Positions 37,301-48,830 of a stretch of 64,000 nucleotides of DNA are shown piece by piece (the first letter of the stretch is position 1; every line of letters starts with the position of its first letter). Source of the DNA: Camelus ferus (lineage: Eukaryota); assembly GCF_009834535.1 (NCBI RefSeq), contig NC_045705.1, positions 13,020,001-13,084,000 on the forward strand, in the 5' to 3' direction. The position numbers were made by a program, and so were the translations under genes. The notes under the pieces were generated by a model. It was not told where the DNA came from and searched no databases. It saw only the letters and a list, made by a program, of their open reading frames with translations.

Positions 37301-37729
37301 GATTTATGTATGTGCATACGATAAAAATTTTAATATAATTTATAAATTGTATATATGTTGCTCTATAACGTTTTTGACATCATTTTTGTATAATTTCTTA
37401 AATAATATTCCTAGAAGTGGAATTCCTTGCTCCAGGTGGATGTGCACTTAAAATTTTGACAGATATGCCAAATTGCCTCCCAGAAAAGCTTTCAATAAAC
37501 ACTCCTACCTATAATTATTAAAAGTATCTTTACTTTCACTAATACTGAGTACCTGCAAATATTTCCATCTTTGCTAGGATTTCGAGCATTGTAGTTCCTT
37601 GTTTTAATGTGCCTTTCTTTAGTTAAGCCTTTGGGAAGGATGTGAAATGATGTTATGATATCACACAAGTGCTGATTTGCTGTTCTACTTCCAGAAGGCC
37701 GGGTCTGAGTGCTGTCTGCAAACAATAAC

Positions 37730-37900
37730 AACGGACACCACGTGAGAAGCACTTCCCGTGCACCAGACACTGTCCTAAGCACTTTTCTCGTTTACATCAT
37801 TTAATTGTCACCACAACTCTATGACACAGGTAATAGAGAAAATATTTTCCTAATTGCCCAGCTCTGGGAGAAAACAGCCCACATTTCTCACAGGTTGGAA
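37730..37900 (-). mobile_element. MIR SINE
   Basis: gtgcaccagacactgtcctaagcacttttctcgtttacatcattttaattgtcaccacaactctatgacacagg. Confidence 0.75.
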
Positions 37901-38025
37901 CCAACCAACAAGCAAACTAAAATGGCAATCCCAACTAATAAAATGAGAATTGAACCTGCAGCGTTCAATCCTCCTGAAGACAAACTAAGGAGTCAGCCCA
38001 ACAATGTCATTAACAATTCACTATT

Positions 38026-38156
38026 TTCCTTGTTTATTTGTTTAGGGAGGGAATTACATTCATGTATTTATTTTTTAATGAAGGTGCTGGGGATTGAACT
38101 CAGGATCTCACGCATGCTAGGCATGCGCTGTACCACTGAACTAAACCCTCCCCCTC
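38026..38156 (-). mobile_element. Vic-1-type camelid SINE with 14-bp TSD (1 mismatch)
   Basis: gtgctggggattgaactcaggatctcacgcatgctaggcatgcgctgtaccactgaactaaaccctcccc. TSD aacaattcactatt (38012-38025) and aacaactcactatt (38157-38170). Confidence 0.92.
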
Positions 38157-38456
38157 AACAACTCACTATTGCTTATAGCAAATATATTTTCTCTTTTTTT
38201 CCTTCCTAAATAAAAAGGTGATACTTCCAGTGCCTGGTTTCTACGTTTTATTCCTAAGCTTTCAAAACAAGTGCTCAATCAAATATCTAATAAGAGTGTT
38301 ACAATGATAAACGGTTTCACTTACAGGCCCCTGCGCTTCCCAAGCCAGCTCATTACGTTTGCAGCCGTACAATTAGAGCAGCGTGGGGGATGGTCGGCAA
38401 ATGTGAAGGCCCAGAGAGCTCATGGGAATCGCAATTTTTATTTTAATTCGCGGTGC

Positions 38457-38550
38457 TTCACTTCCGACTTCTTCTCTTTTCACTTCCAAGCAGAGCTGTA
38501 AACTACTTTCTACATGCTTTCCGCAGCCTCCTCTCACTTCCCTGAGGAAC
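38457..38550 (-). promoter_or_regulatory. Cluster of ETS/PU.1 motifs including an ETS-IRF composite (GGAAGTGAAA at 38478-38487)
   Basis: Three same-strand CACTTCC (38459, 38481, 38535) plus GAGGAA at 38544 in unique sequence. Confidence 0.5.
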
Positions 38551-39906
38551 TTGCACTTGTTCTCCTCTCTATTAATGTGCAATTTCCCCTCCCGTTTCAT
38601 TGTGTACAGCTACAGAGGTGAAATAATTGAACGTTCCTCTTTCTTTTTACTCTGGTAAATAAGGAGATCCTTTTTCATGCTGACAGTGGGGTCTCAGAGG
38701 CCAGACTCTGTTTATACCAGAAACTTGCTTTTCTAAAGCTCAAAACACTTCACCATATGTTCCGCTCACATGTTCTCCCGGCTGGTTAATTTAACCCATG
38801 CAAGGCACCTCTTTGCTTGGGGTGAGCACTGGAGACATAGCTTGTTTGTGAATTATTATTTATGGGGATGTAAATTCACAGGTCACTTGCCACGACCCCC
38901 GGGTGCTTCACTGAACTGTGAAAGACATCGCTGAGGAGTGAGCACAGATGAAAGACATTCGGAATTTAAAGATGAAACATAATTCTCGGGTCTGACACCT
39001 AGAGTTTTATTTAGTTCATAGTCAGTTCATGAATCTAAAACAAAGCATACTTTTTAAAATCATCAGTTTGTGGTACACATTGGTGACTGCCAACCTGTTC
39101 CAAAACATCAGTTTATACAAATACGTATGATGCCACTGGGTGAGGTAAATATGAGATAAAGAAATAGAGGTGACGGAAAACTTAGAGTAAGGAATAAAAA
39201 AGACTTGTCCGCAAAATATATGCTATAGAATTCTACGTCATTGCTGGAGATGTCATATATTTGACTCTCAGCTTCCTAGCAGCCAAAGCAAAAACTTAAA
39301 CAAAGCAAGTTTCAAAATTCACTACAGATACGACATAAACTGTGCAATTTCCCAGCCGTATATTTTACCTGGTGCTGAGATCTGAGATTAATTTTCCCTG
39401 GAGCTATGTACTAAGGATTCTTTGTAAGAGGGCCTTCAGTAAGATTACAGTGATCAACAGACTCATTCACATGCCTAGAATCAATATAATGGATTCTTTA
39501 ATACACCTCAATGAAGTTTAATCCCTTCAATATCAATCGCAATTTAGTAAAAGCAACTTCATCAATAAATTATAGTGTATTAATAAATTACAATAAATAG
39601 TAAAGGCATGTAGTCCCATTACCCACCTCCCTGACATTTTGTTCAAGAACAAAGTGTTGACCATCCAGAGGGAAAAAATGGGTGGACTATCACTAAGGTA
39701 ATCCTCTAGACATGCTGTTTGTGTTTCTTACGAACCAGCTTTTGATAGTAACTGATAAGCAAAGGGTTTAGGTTAAATTCTCCAGCATGAACTCAGAGCG
39801 CAGATATGTTCTGATCACCAACTGAGGAGAGAGTGGAGCTGATGTTTTAAGAAGGCTGTCATTAGGAAGTGTGTTGCTTGTTTGGGGCTTTGCTTTTTGC
39901 TTGCAG

Positions 39907-40001
39907 GCCTGGAGCTCCAGCGGGCCGAGTGGAGCAGGAACGGGCCTGCCTGTTGCTCAAACTGTGAAAAGCCAAGTTGTAGAAGAGGTTGAGGACAGAT
40001 G
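39907..40001 (+). other. Candidate 95-nt spliced exon, host gene unidentified
   Basis: Acceptor tttgctttttgcttgcag| and donor ATG|gtgagg. GC-rich interior, one open frame (AWSSSGPSGAGTGLPVAQTVKSQVVEEVEDR) with no homology I recognise. Confidence 0.4.
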
Positions 40002-40569
40002 GTGAGGGTCCAAATGGGGGCTGCTGGAGTTGTCATAGTCCTGTGGCCCTAAATGATGCCAGCGCTTGCCTGCCCACCTCTCTCCTGGGCCAGTCGGGGT
40101 TGAGATCGGCAGATCACTGCTCCGTATCCCCTCTACTTTTGATCATAAATGAGGCACATTCTAGATGCTCAAAGAGAGAAAAGCAATTCCCTCAGTTCCA
40201 AGCTCCTTTTGAATCCACTCTCCCCAAGAAACTATAGAGAAGAAAATGAATCTTACTATGTCAGTCCCTTTCTTAAGTCACAGAGACTATGAGACCCTGA
40301 GGGAAGCTATGAGCCCTCTTCTCTCCTCCCATTGTCACCCTTGCTCAGCACTCCAAACACCCCTCTGCAGTATCTTGTGCAATTTTAGAGGGTTGATGGA
40401 ACCCCTTATAACTAGATAAAGAACCCTGGCTTTAAAGACTTAGCAATTTATCAGGAAGTCTAGACTCCTTAAATAGCCCACACTTTCCCCCGATAGGCTG
40501 GGCCTCTGTGTGCCTCTGTCTCTTTTTAGGCCCATTTTCTATCCTTTCTCCTATCCCAAGACCCTGAAT

Positions 40570-40885
40570 ACTTCAGTTTCTTGAAACATGTCATGTTGAT
40601 CCATGTCTTGGCATATTTGATTACGCCCTTCCCCGTTCCATCTTCTTGGTGAGGGCTCCTGGAGCCTTCCAGAGCCAGCTCTGAAAATAAGTTCTCCATA
40701 GTTGCTTTTCCTCATTCCCCCAAAACTGTTCACTTCCCTCCTTGCCCTCAGCACACTGTACAGACCGCTATGGAGCATTGGCCACCCTCTGCTGTAACTG
40801 TTTGTTGACATGTGTGTATCCAATAGTAAAAAGTGACTTTTAAGAGCATCAGCAATTTCTTGGTCATCTCTGCATCCCTAGAAAG
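40570..40885 (+). mobile_element. L2 3' region
   Basis: ttcttgaaacatgtcatg...gagccttccagagccagctc...ttcttggtcatctctgcatccctag. Confidence 0.6.
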
Positions 40886-41789
40886 CCTTTCAGTTTCTTA
40901 GAAACCATCCCGAGCCTTACAATCTGCCCATTGCTTATAGAAGCAGAAGCTCTGAGAGGCATTCATGGAGTCAAATGCTGTTAGAGATTCCAGGACGAAG
41001 ATTTATGGTATTTTGGAGCATGTTTCTGTGCAGAAAATTGGTTTGGCCAGACATCTCCATGTGTTGAAGAGGAATATTTATAAGGAATCTGATTTAATTA
41101 AGGTGCATTCCCCACGATTAGCTGCTAGACACAGTAATTACTGGCTTGGAAATGCTACAGGAAAGTCTAACACTGTATGATTTTGTAGGATGGCTTATTT
41201 TTCCCCTCATTTGCAAAATACACAATCATCAGTCAAATTAGTTGGAATGTTTTGGAAGTAGGTCATGGACTGATAGCTCTATATTCTTCCAGACTGGTGG
41301 AATGAGAATCTTTTGTCGAAAATGTCACACTGTGCTGTGTGATGTAACAGAAAGAGAAAGAGCTTAACCCTAGCATCTCATCCAGTAGGTGCTTTTAGGT
41401 GGTCTTGGGGTCCTCAATTATGGAATCAAATACATGGTGAGGATTCAGTGAGATAAGGGGTTGGGAGAGGAATGGGATGTTTAGCAGCACTGGCTGAGAG
41501 ACACTCTTAAGAGTTGCTTATTCTTAATGCCTCGAGCATGCTGGGAGCAAAGGGGACCTATGACAGGGCCAGACGGAGATGGTGGTCCTGAGAAGGATGG
41601 AATCTGATGCTGGCCTATGGAAGCAGAGGAGCCTCTCATTCTTTTTGCAGAATCAATCCATTGCTTTAAAATCTTGCTGGAATAGTTAAGCGGTGAGACA
41701 GAATCAATAAGGTGGAGTGATTAGGGCACTGTTTTCCATTTAGCACTTGACTCTGCCTCAAATTAATATCTACTACTTGGAAACTTTAA

Positions 41790-41865
41790 CAAGGTGGTAA
41801 ACAGAGTGTATGTGTAAAACAGTTTTATTCACCCTTAGAACAACCCCACAAAAGCAAAGAAATTA

Positions 41866-41938
<73 letters not shown>

Positions 41939-42050
41939 TCCATGACACAGGTGAGTAGACTGAGACTAGAAAGGTCAAGTAATTTGCTTAAGGCAGCTTC
42001 TAAAGTAGCACCTGGAAGCAAATCCAGGTCATTTAGGACAGAAACCACAT
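41790..42050 (-). mobile_element. MIR SINE containing an expanded (ATT)n
   Basis: cccttagaacaaccccaca...[ATT]n...gacacaggtgagtagactgagactagaaaggtcaagtaatttgcttaagg. Confidence 0.8.
41870..41938. repeat. (ATT)23 microsatellite
   Basis: Directly visible. Confidence 0.97.
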
Positions 42051-42228
42051 CAGCACACTGCGTCTGAAACTTCTTGGGTTTCACATCCCTTGCCAGGGAA
42101 TGGAAGTCATGATGTTCTCCTCCCTGTCTGGCTATGAGATTTAAATGACATAACATATGAAAAGTGTCTCCTGATGACCACAGGCTCTGCACAGCGTGTT
42201 AAAAATAAAGAAATTGGTCTCAAAGTAG

Positions 42229-42267
42229 GGTGTGTGTGTGTGTTTGTGTGTGTGTGTATGTGTGTGT
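42229..42267. repeat. Imperfect (TG)n microsatellite
   Basis: Directly visible. Confidence 0.9.
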
Positions 42268-42683
42268 TCTTGTCTCAGGCTAAGTGGGGCATTTTTCACC
42301 TGCTCACCTGGAGGTGTCAAGGGAAATTGGCTGGTAGTTGGTGGGCAGGCCTGGGTTATATGACTCCAGCTCAGGGCTCCAAAACCAGCCAGTGTGCAAA
42401 TCGGCCAGGCTCTGAGGTGGGCAGGAAGGATCTCTGAGCAGGATGGCGATGTGGTGGGGTAGCTTGCACTCACTGTTTGCGCCTTTTCAGAAACCTATAA
42501 AGAAAGCAGAAACAACCTTATACCAATTGCCCACGTTTACACCAGGGGGAACTGAAAGATGAAAGAAAAGAACTGATATGGAATAAAGGATTTGCTTATT
42601 TTTGCTCTTAATTCATGAGTATCCAAGGGCCAGCTGAGAATATTTGTTGGGAAAGACAGCAAAGGTAGTAGAGAAGATGTACT

Positions 42684-42830
42684 NNNNNNNNNNNNNNNNN
42701 NNNNNNNNNNNNNNNNNNNNNNNNNNNNNNNNNNNNNNNNNNNNNNNNNNNNNNNNNNNNNNNNNNNNNNNNNNNNNNNNNNNNNNNNNNNNNNNNNNNN
42801 NNNNNNNNNNNNNNNNNNNNNNNNNNNNNN
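42684..42830. other. Assembly gap (147 N)
   Basis: Run of N. Confidence 0.99.
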
Positions 42831-42899
42831 TTAGGATACAAATTCCACACTGTGTCTCAGATATAATAAGAATTTAATTACCCTTCAGCATTACATAGT

Positions 42900-43110
42900 T
42901 GAGAGCTTATAGATTTAGTGATCACACATACCTAGTATAAAATCTCACTTCTAAATCTCACTTTTGGTTAATTATTTAATCTCACCTAGCCTGGGTTGTG
43001 CTCCTATATAAAACATAGGACTGATAATAATACCTACCTTGAAGAGTTATTTCACAGAGTAAATGACATGAGACTATAAATCAACTAGTATGTGCCTGGA
43101 TCAGCAAATG
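42900..43110 (+). mobile_element. MIR SINE
   Basis: gtgctcctatataaaacataggactgataataatacctaccttgaagagttatttcacagagtaaatgac. Confidence 0.75.
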
Positions 43111-45195
43111 TTAGTTGCTTTTTTCCTACAATAGAGATTTCTGATAGATTCTTGGACAATTTTACCGTATTTACCATCACTACCACTCCATCACCTCACC
43201 ACCATTTTTCTTCTGAAAATTTTTTTCAAGATGTAGCACTTGTCTTCTTCTCCTAGAGGAAGGACATTTTTTTTCCTACTTTCTCACTTTACCCCCATCT
43301 ATAACATCCATTTGATAATCTTTCTTTTGACTTAAGAGCAAGGAAAAAGCGCTATGTGATGCCAGGGTATTAGTGCCTTTTGAATAGCCCTCTTTCTACA
43401 GCAGAAGATCCTGCTCAGTGAGAAAAGGATTACCTGCTACATGGGCAGTGTTTGGAGATTTGATTCCCTGAACCTCTAACTTGGTCCGTGACTGATCCAA
43501 GCTGTACTGCTCACTTCATTTTCTTGAATTCTCTGGTTGCCAATTTGCTTCTTTTTCTACCATTTTATTCTTGCTTTACTCTTTGGCTCCAAATATGCTG
43601 CCATCTCTCTAAGTTGTCAATTCTGAATATCCTTCTGATTAAGTAGCATCTTTCCATTCAGATTTGATGCACTCAGGGATGGCTGGATTATCACTCAGAA
43701 TAGAAGGAATCAAAGTGCCAAATCTGGGATATGGGTCAAGCGTGAAGTTGGAGTAGTCAGAGAGGCTGCTCTTCAGTCAGATTATGTGTCAAGTGGGACT
43801 TTCCTACTCAATCATCACCCCAAGGAGGATGGGCACAGGGAGGATCAGGACATGACGCTAAGAATTGCAGAGTTTCTGAAGACCAATTAAGAATGGGTGG
43901 TGAAGATTTGCTGCAAAAATTAGCAAGTGCCAACTAGAGCAATTTTTTTCCAAAGGAAGCAGTGGGTTTTTAAAAATAGGATTCCTGTGGCCTTTCAGAT
44001 GGTTAGGAACGAAGCAATTAAAGAAGTAACGTGTCTAGTAGACATCCGTGGGTTTTCTGATCAATACTCTATTTCTAGGAAATGCTCCTCCACCCAAACT
44101 TGTTTTCAGTGGCAGCAGCAATGTTTTCGCTTTCCATTTTTCTCCTTCTCTTGGACTCTGTTGTTTGGCCCAGGGAATAGACTCTAATCCAAACTGGGCC
44201 AGAATACCTCTGCTCCAGGACTTCTGGGCTTAGGGTCTAAAGTGCAGGGAAAGTGCTCAGGGTCTATCTTGGATCCATTTCTTGCATATGAGAAGAAGGA
44301 AGAAGTCAGTCTCCAGAGAAAGGGAAGAATGGACATGCAAAACAGTAAAGATGAGAGAAAGAGAGAGAAAGAGAGCCCTAATGAGACTGGAATCTCGAGA
44401 CATCCCACATATTTGTAATAAATTATTTTTATTTTAGGTAGTTCGAGTTGATTTTGGTCATTGACATAAATAGCTGCCTAACGTTAAATATGCCAAGCAA
44501 AGTGTCATCACTGAGGCTTGGCTGAAGTCATCCTCCTGACTGAGACTGCCTCCTTTCCTCTTCGACTTCACCTAAGGCAATTGTAACCCATCTAGCCAAG
44601 TCTCTCCTCCTCTGAGAAGCCCTCCCTGAACACATCCGATGTCAGTCTTCTACGATGTCTCTTACATGGGAAGCATGATTCAACCATTCGTGAATTGAGA
44701 AGAAAATGGGTTTTTGTAATTTGTGTTTTCTTTACTTTGAGTTTGTTCGATACTTCAACTTCCCTAAGCAATTTTGACACTGGAGACGAGTTACGTATTA
44801 AAGCCATAGAGAATGGAGACTGGAGATTAGTTATGCATTAAAGCTATAGAATTCCGTATCAGAAAGAGTACTTTCCAATGTCTTATAATTGCAATTTCCA
44901 TTATCAAAATATAAAGAAGTAGCGTTTTTATTAGAAATATTTGTATTGACCACAAGATGTAAAATAACACCTGGCGACCTGCTTTTTGCCAAGTGCGGGT
45001 CTAGGTTTATGCTTTTGGAAGACAACGAAGTATGGAGAAAACTCCTCAGGTAGCCTGCTAGGTCTAAGGACTTAAATAAAGCTCAGGGAAATTTACTTGG
45101 ATTTTTGGTTCTACATATAGCAGTGTTCAGGATAGCGCTTTTTGTCTCAGCCCAGATTTAAAATGGAAAAATCATTAAACTAAGAAAAAGAGGAC

Positions 45196-45218
45196 ACACA
45201 CACACACACACACACACA
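45196..45218. repeat. (CA)n microsatellite
   Basis: Directly visible. Confidence 0.95.
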
Positions 45219-45333
45219 AGCACGCTGAGCTCTGGCTGTGTCTGCAGCAGCATCATGAAAGCAGCTGCTGGACCCAGTGGTGAATATTGACAATAGGACC
45301 GGCAACGCAGCAGACGGTCAGCACATTCACCCA

Positions 45334-45505
45334 NNNNNNNNNNNNNNNNNNNNNNNNNNNNNNNNNNNNNNNNNNNNNNNNNNNNNNNNNNNNNNNNNNN
45401 NNNNNNNNNNNNNNNNNNNNNNNNNNNNNNNNNNNNNNNNNNNNNNNNNNNNNNNNNNNNNNNNNNNNNNNNNNNNNNNNNNNNNNNNNNNNNNNNNNNN
45501 NNNNN
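45334..45505. other. Assembly gap (172 N)
   Basis: Run of N. Confidence 0.99.
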
Positions 45506-46379
45506 GCATTTCTCTTTTTTTTTCAACGCCTTGGAAGATTTATTGCTTCAAACCAGTAACAAGATATAGTGATTGCCAAAGGACATATTATTTTAAGATT
45601 AAGACTGATGTGAGTTGGGCTGTGGAAATCTATTCCTTCTTTTCCATCCCCTATACTCCAAGAACGATTTTAACATGAAAAACAAATTATAGACCCATAT
45701 CTTGATTTTTTTTTTTTTTACTATAGTAAGAATAAAACCAGATTAAAAGACGGGGCTGATTATCTAGAAAGGAAAATATGGGGCAACTGATCACCACACA
45801 GAGTCTTTCCTTGTAAATTTTATCCGGAAAAAAAGTCATCTATTCTCAGTGGACATTTTGTCATGTACATTTTACTTTTTTTCTCCACCAATAATCAGAT
45901 TGAATAACTGTTCTTGGTATTTTTTCCATTCATACTGACCCAGAAAATATAACATGAAAGAATGCTAAATGATTCCTTCCTTCAAGACACTGTAATGTCT
46001 TAAAAGTTGCAAATTCTGGACCATACCAGCCAGTAATTCTTTTGTTCTTCTATAGAGTTAATCTGATATAGCCTGATTATTTTAACTGATAAAAAATATC
46101 TCATTTTATCAAGACAAATTATGATGGAAACTACCAAAAATCAATATTTTGTTTTTAGATTTATTTTATTAATTGCACTCATTATATTTTCCTGATTACA
46201 TGCATGCTAATACACATCTTACAGAATTTCATACATCATCTAATTTCTATACTAGAGAATTAAAAATATATGATTAAAGATTGAATGAATGAATACAAAT
46301 ATATATAGTTATAATAATTAATTGAATTCCCTTCACAGGGAGGTTTTTCACTATGGAACCATTAAATTATCAACAAAAA

Positions 46380-46570
46380 CGCAAATAAAATGTTTGTCTG
46401 TAACATGGGACAGACGTTGTGCTAGGCATTGGTATTATAAAAATAACCAAAATCACCATGCTTTCTGCTCATGGGTTACATAAAAAGTAATAGGGAGAAC
46501 AGACAATTAGATGCATGGTAATTATTTACCATGAATGAAGTTTAGGGAGCAACACACAAGTCTTCCTTAG
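46380..46570 (-). mobile_element. L2 fragment
   Basis: aaatgtttgtctgtaacatgggacagacgttgtgctaggcattgg. Confidence 0.65.
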
Positions 46571-47610
46571 GTGCATAAGGTGGCTTACCTTTGAAGAAGT
46601 CTTGTTATTTGATGCATTCCTAATTCTCTTTTCAGGGATCCAGCCTGTTATTTGGGCTGTGTCTTTTCTGCGTATTCCTAGGGATTTGTCAACTAATTGC
46701 CACCATATGCCCTAAACTCACAGTATGTGTTAGAACCTTCTCTGCTAGAGGAGGAAATATAAAGCTCTGGAAAACCCAGCTTTTGATCCTAAGTCAGCCA
46801 GTAATTGGTGCTTTGATCTTGGGAAAGGATCTCCAGGTTTCAGTTTCCATGTCTATGTGCTGAAGATTTGAACTAAGGTAAGCCTACCGATGGTCGGAGC
46901 TCTGAAATTTCATGAATTTAGTTATCTTTCCTGATTATCTCCCCCTGCATTTTATAGGGTATATTTGAAGACCATCAGGACCAACAGAAAGGGAAAGGAG
47001 AAGAAGAAGGGAATTAACAATAACTTAGCACATGATACGTGGCCTTGATAATTCACAACAAACCGAGAAGTGGAGATTACATCCCAGGAGTACTCTGCAA
47101 GGTCTACTAACCTGAACACAGAATACGTATATGGTAGAGATGAGATTCTAACACAATGCCTAAGCACTGGTGATGGCATTTCAGGTACCTAAAATAGAAT
47201 TAAGAACGGTAATTCAGGACAGAGATGACTTACTGGAATCTGTGGAGAGGCACTTTTTAAAAGGCTGACCCTGTACATATGCAATAGCCAGGTTTGAGAT
47301 GTGAATAACAAAAAGAAAACAAACAAGTAAACAACAACAAAAAATGAGGGAAGCCTTTGGTTGAGAATGCCTTCTTTCTGGAAGATGATTTTTTTGTCAT
47401 TCCTGAAGTACATTCATTCTTTGTATCTTTAAGGGTGATACAGTTTTCTACCTGGAAAACATCCCAAACTGATAGCATGATACAAAATCAGAGGACTGGC
47501 TGGGGTCTGGTGAGGATGGAGGGCTGTTCGAACCAGTTTGATGACCCCATAGTTTTCTGGTTCTCTGGTACTCTGTTAACACGTTGACTGCATGTTTCCA
47601 TTTCTGTCCG

Positions 47611-47624
47611 GTTGCTATGGTAAT
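47611..47624. promoter_or_regulatory. RFX X-box-like motif GTTGCTATGGTAAT
   Basis: Near match to GTTGCCATGGCAAC in non-repeat sequence. Confidence 0.4.
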
Positions 47625-48009
47625 ACAGCTCAGCTCTTTTCTGAATTTCTACCCTTTAGTAAATGTGTTACTTTAGAAAAGGTGGGTTTTGTCCAGTCTT
47701 GTGGGAGGTGGTGGCAGCTATTTGACCTGTTAGCACCTAAGCAGGAGTGGCAAAGCCACAACTAGGGAAGAGGTGGGGGTCAGAGAGCCGTGAGAGGTGA
47801 GAGGCATGTCAGATCCTAGCTACCTGAAGTTGCATCCAGTTGAGGTGTCAGAACTGGGGAGACTAAACAGGAGGCGAGACCAAGAAACCAACTCCCATGA
47901 ACAAGAAGTCCAAACATATTTGAGAGTTCAGTATCCCGCTGAGGAATCTATGCAAGATGGCAGGTCTATAAATGCACCCTGACTTTTCTTAAAGACACAA
48001 TTTTTAAAA

Positions 48010-48830
48010 TACTTTTTAAAAAAAATTTTGGGATGAGTTTAGAAGTATAGAACAGTTGCAAAGATAGTCCAGAGAGTTCCTGTATACCTCTCATATTAGT
48101 TTTCTATGGCTATTGTAATAAAGTATCACATACTTGGCTTAAAACAAAATGAATTTACAATTCTGGAGGTCAGAAGTCCAAAATGGTGTTCATTGGGTAA
48201 AATTATAACAAAGCTGTATTCCTTCTGGGAACTCTAGAGAAGAATCCATTTCTTTGCCTTTTCCAGCTTTTAGAGATCCCTGATGTGTGGTCCCTTCCAT
48301 CTTTAAAGCCATCAATGGCCAATAGTCTTTCTTCTACGGCATTTAAGGACACATGTAATTGCAATGTGTCCACCTGGATAATCCAGGGTTATCTCCCTAT
48401 TATAGTGTAACTGATTAGCACCTTAATTCCAACTGCTGCTTTAATTCTCCTTTGTGTTATCACTGAACACAATCACAGGTTCCAGAGTTTGGAACGTGGA
48501 CTTTTTGGAAAGTCGCTATTCTGCTTATGACCTCCCTTATCCAGTTCCTGCATTGTTAACATCTTATATTACCCTCTCCAGTATATTTGCCAAAAGTATG
48601 AAACTGACACTGGTACTTTACTATTCACTAAACTTAGAATTCATATGGATTAAAAGTTTTTTTCCATGAATGTGCTTTTCCTCTTTCAAGATTCAGTCTA
48701 GTATACCACAATGTATCCGGTTGCCATGTCGCCCCAGTCTCCTCTAGTCTGTGACAATTTCTCAGTCTCTCCTTGCTTTTCTTGACCTTTGCAATTTGCG
48801 GACTACCAAAGAACCCACGTTGTTGACAGT
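48010..48830 (-). mobile_element. L1MC-type 3' end, interrupted by an MLT1 LTR
   Basis: ttttgggatgagtttagaagtatagaacagttgcaaagatagtccagagagttcctgtatacc resumes as tcccttatccagttcctgcattgttaacatcttat. Confidence 0.75.
48090..48530 (-). mobile_element. MLT1C/D-like MaLR solo LTR
   Basis: atattagttttctatggctattgtaataaagtatcac...caattctggaggtcagaagtcc...cacaggttccagagtttggaacgtggac. Confidence 0.85.

Noticed and set aside
41810-42192. Poly-Ile membrane-protein-like ORFs (also 28364-28651)
   Set aside because: They are translations of (ATT)n microsatellites.
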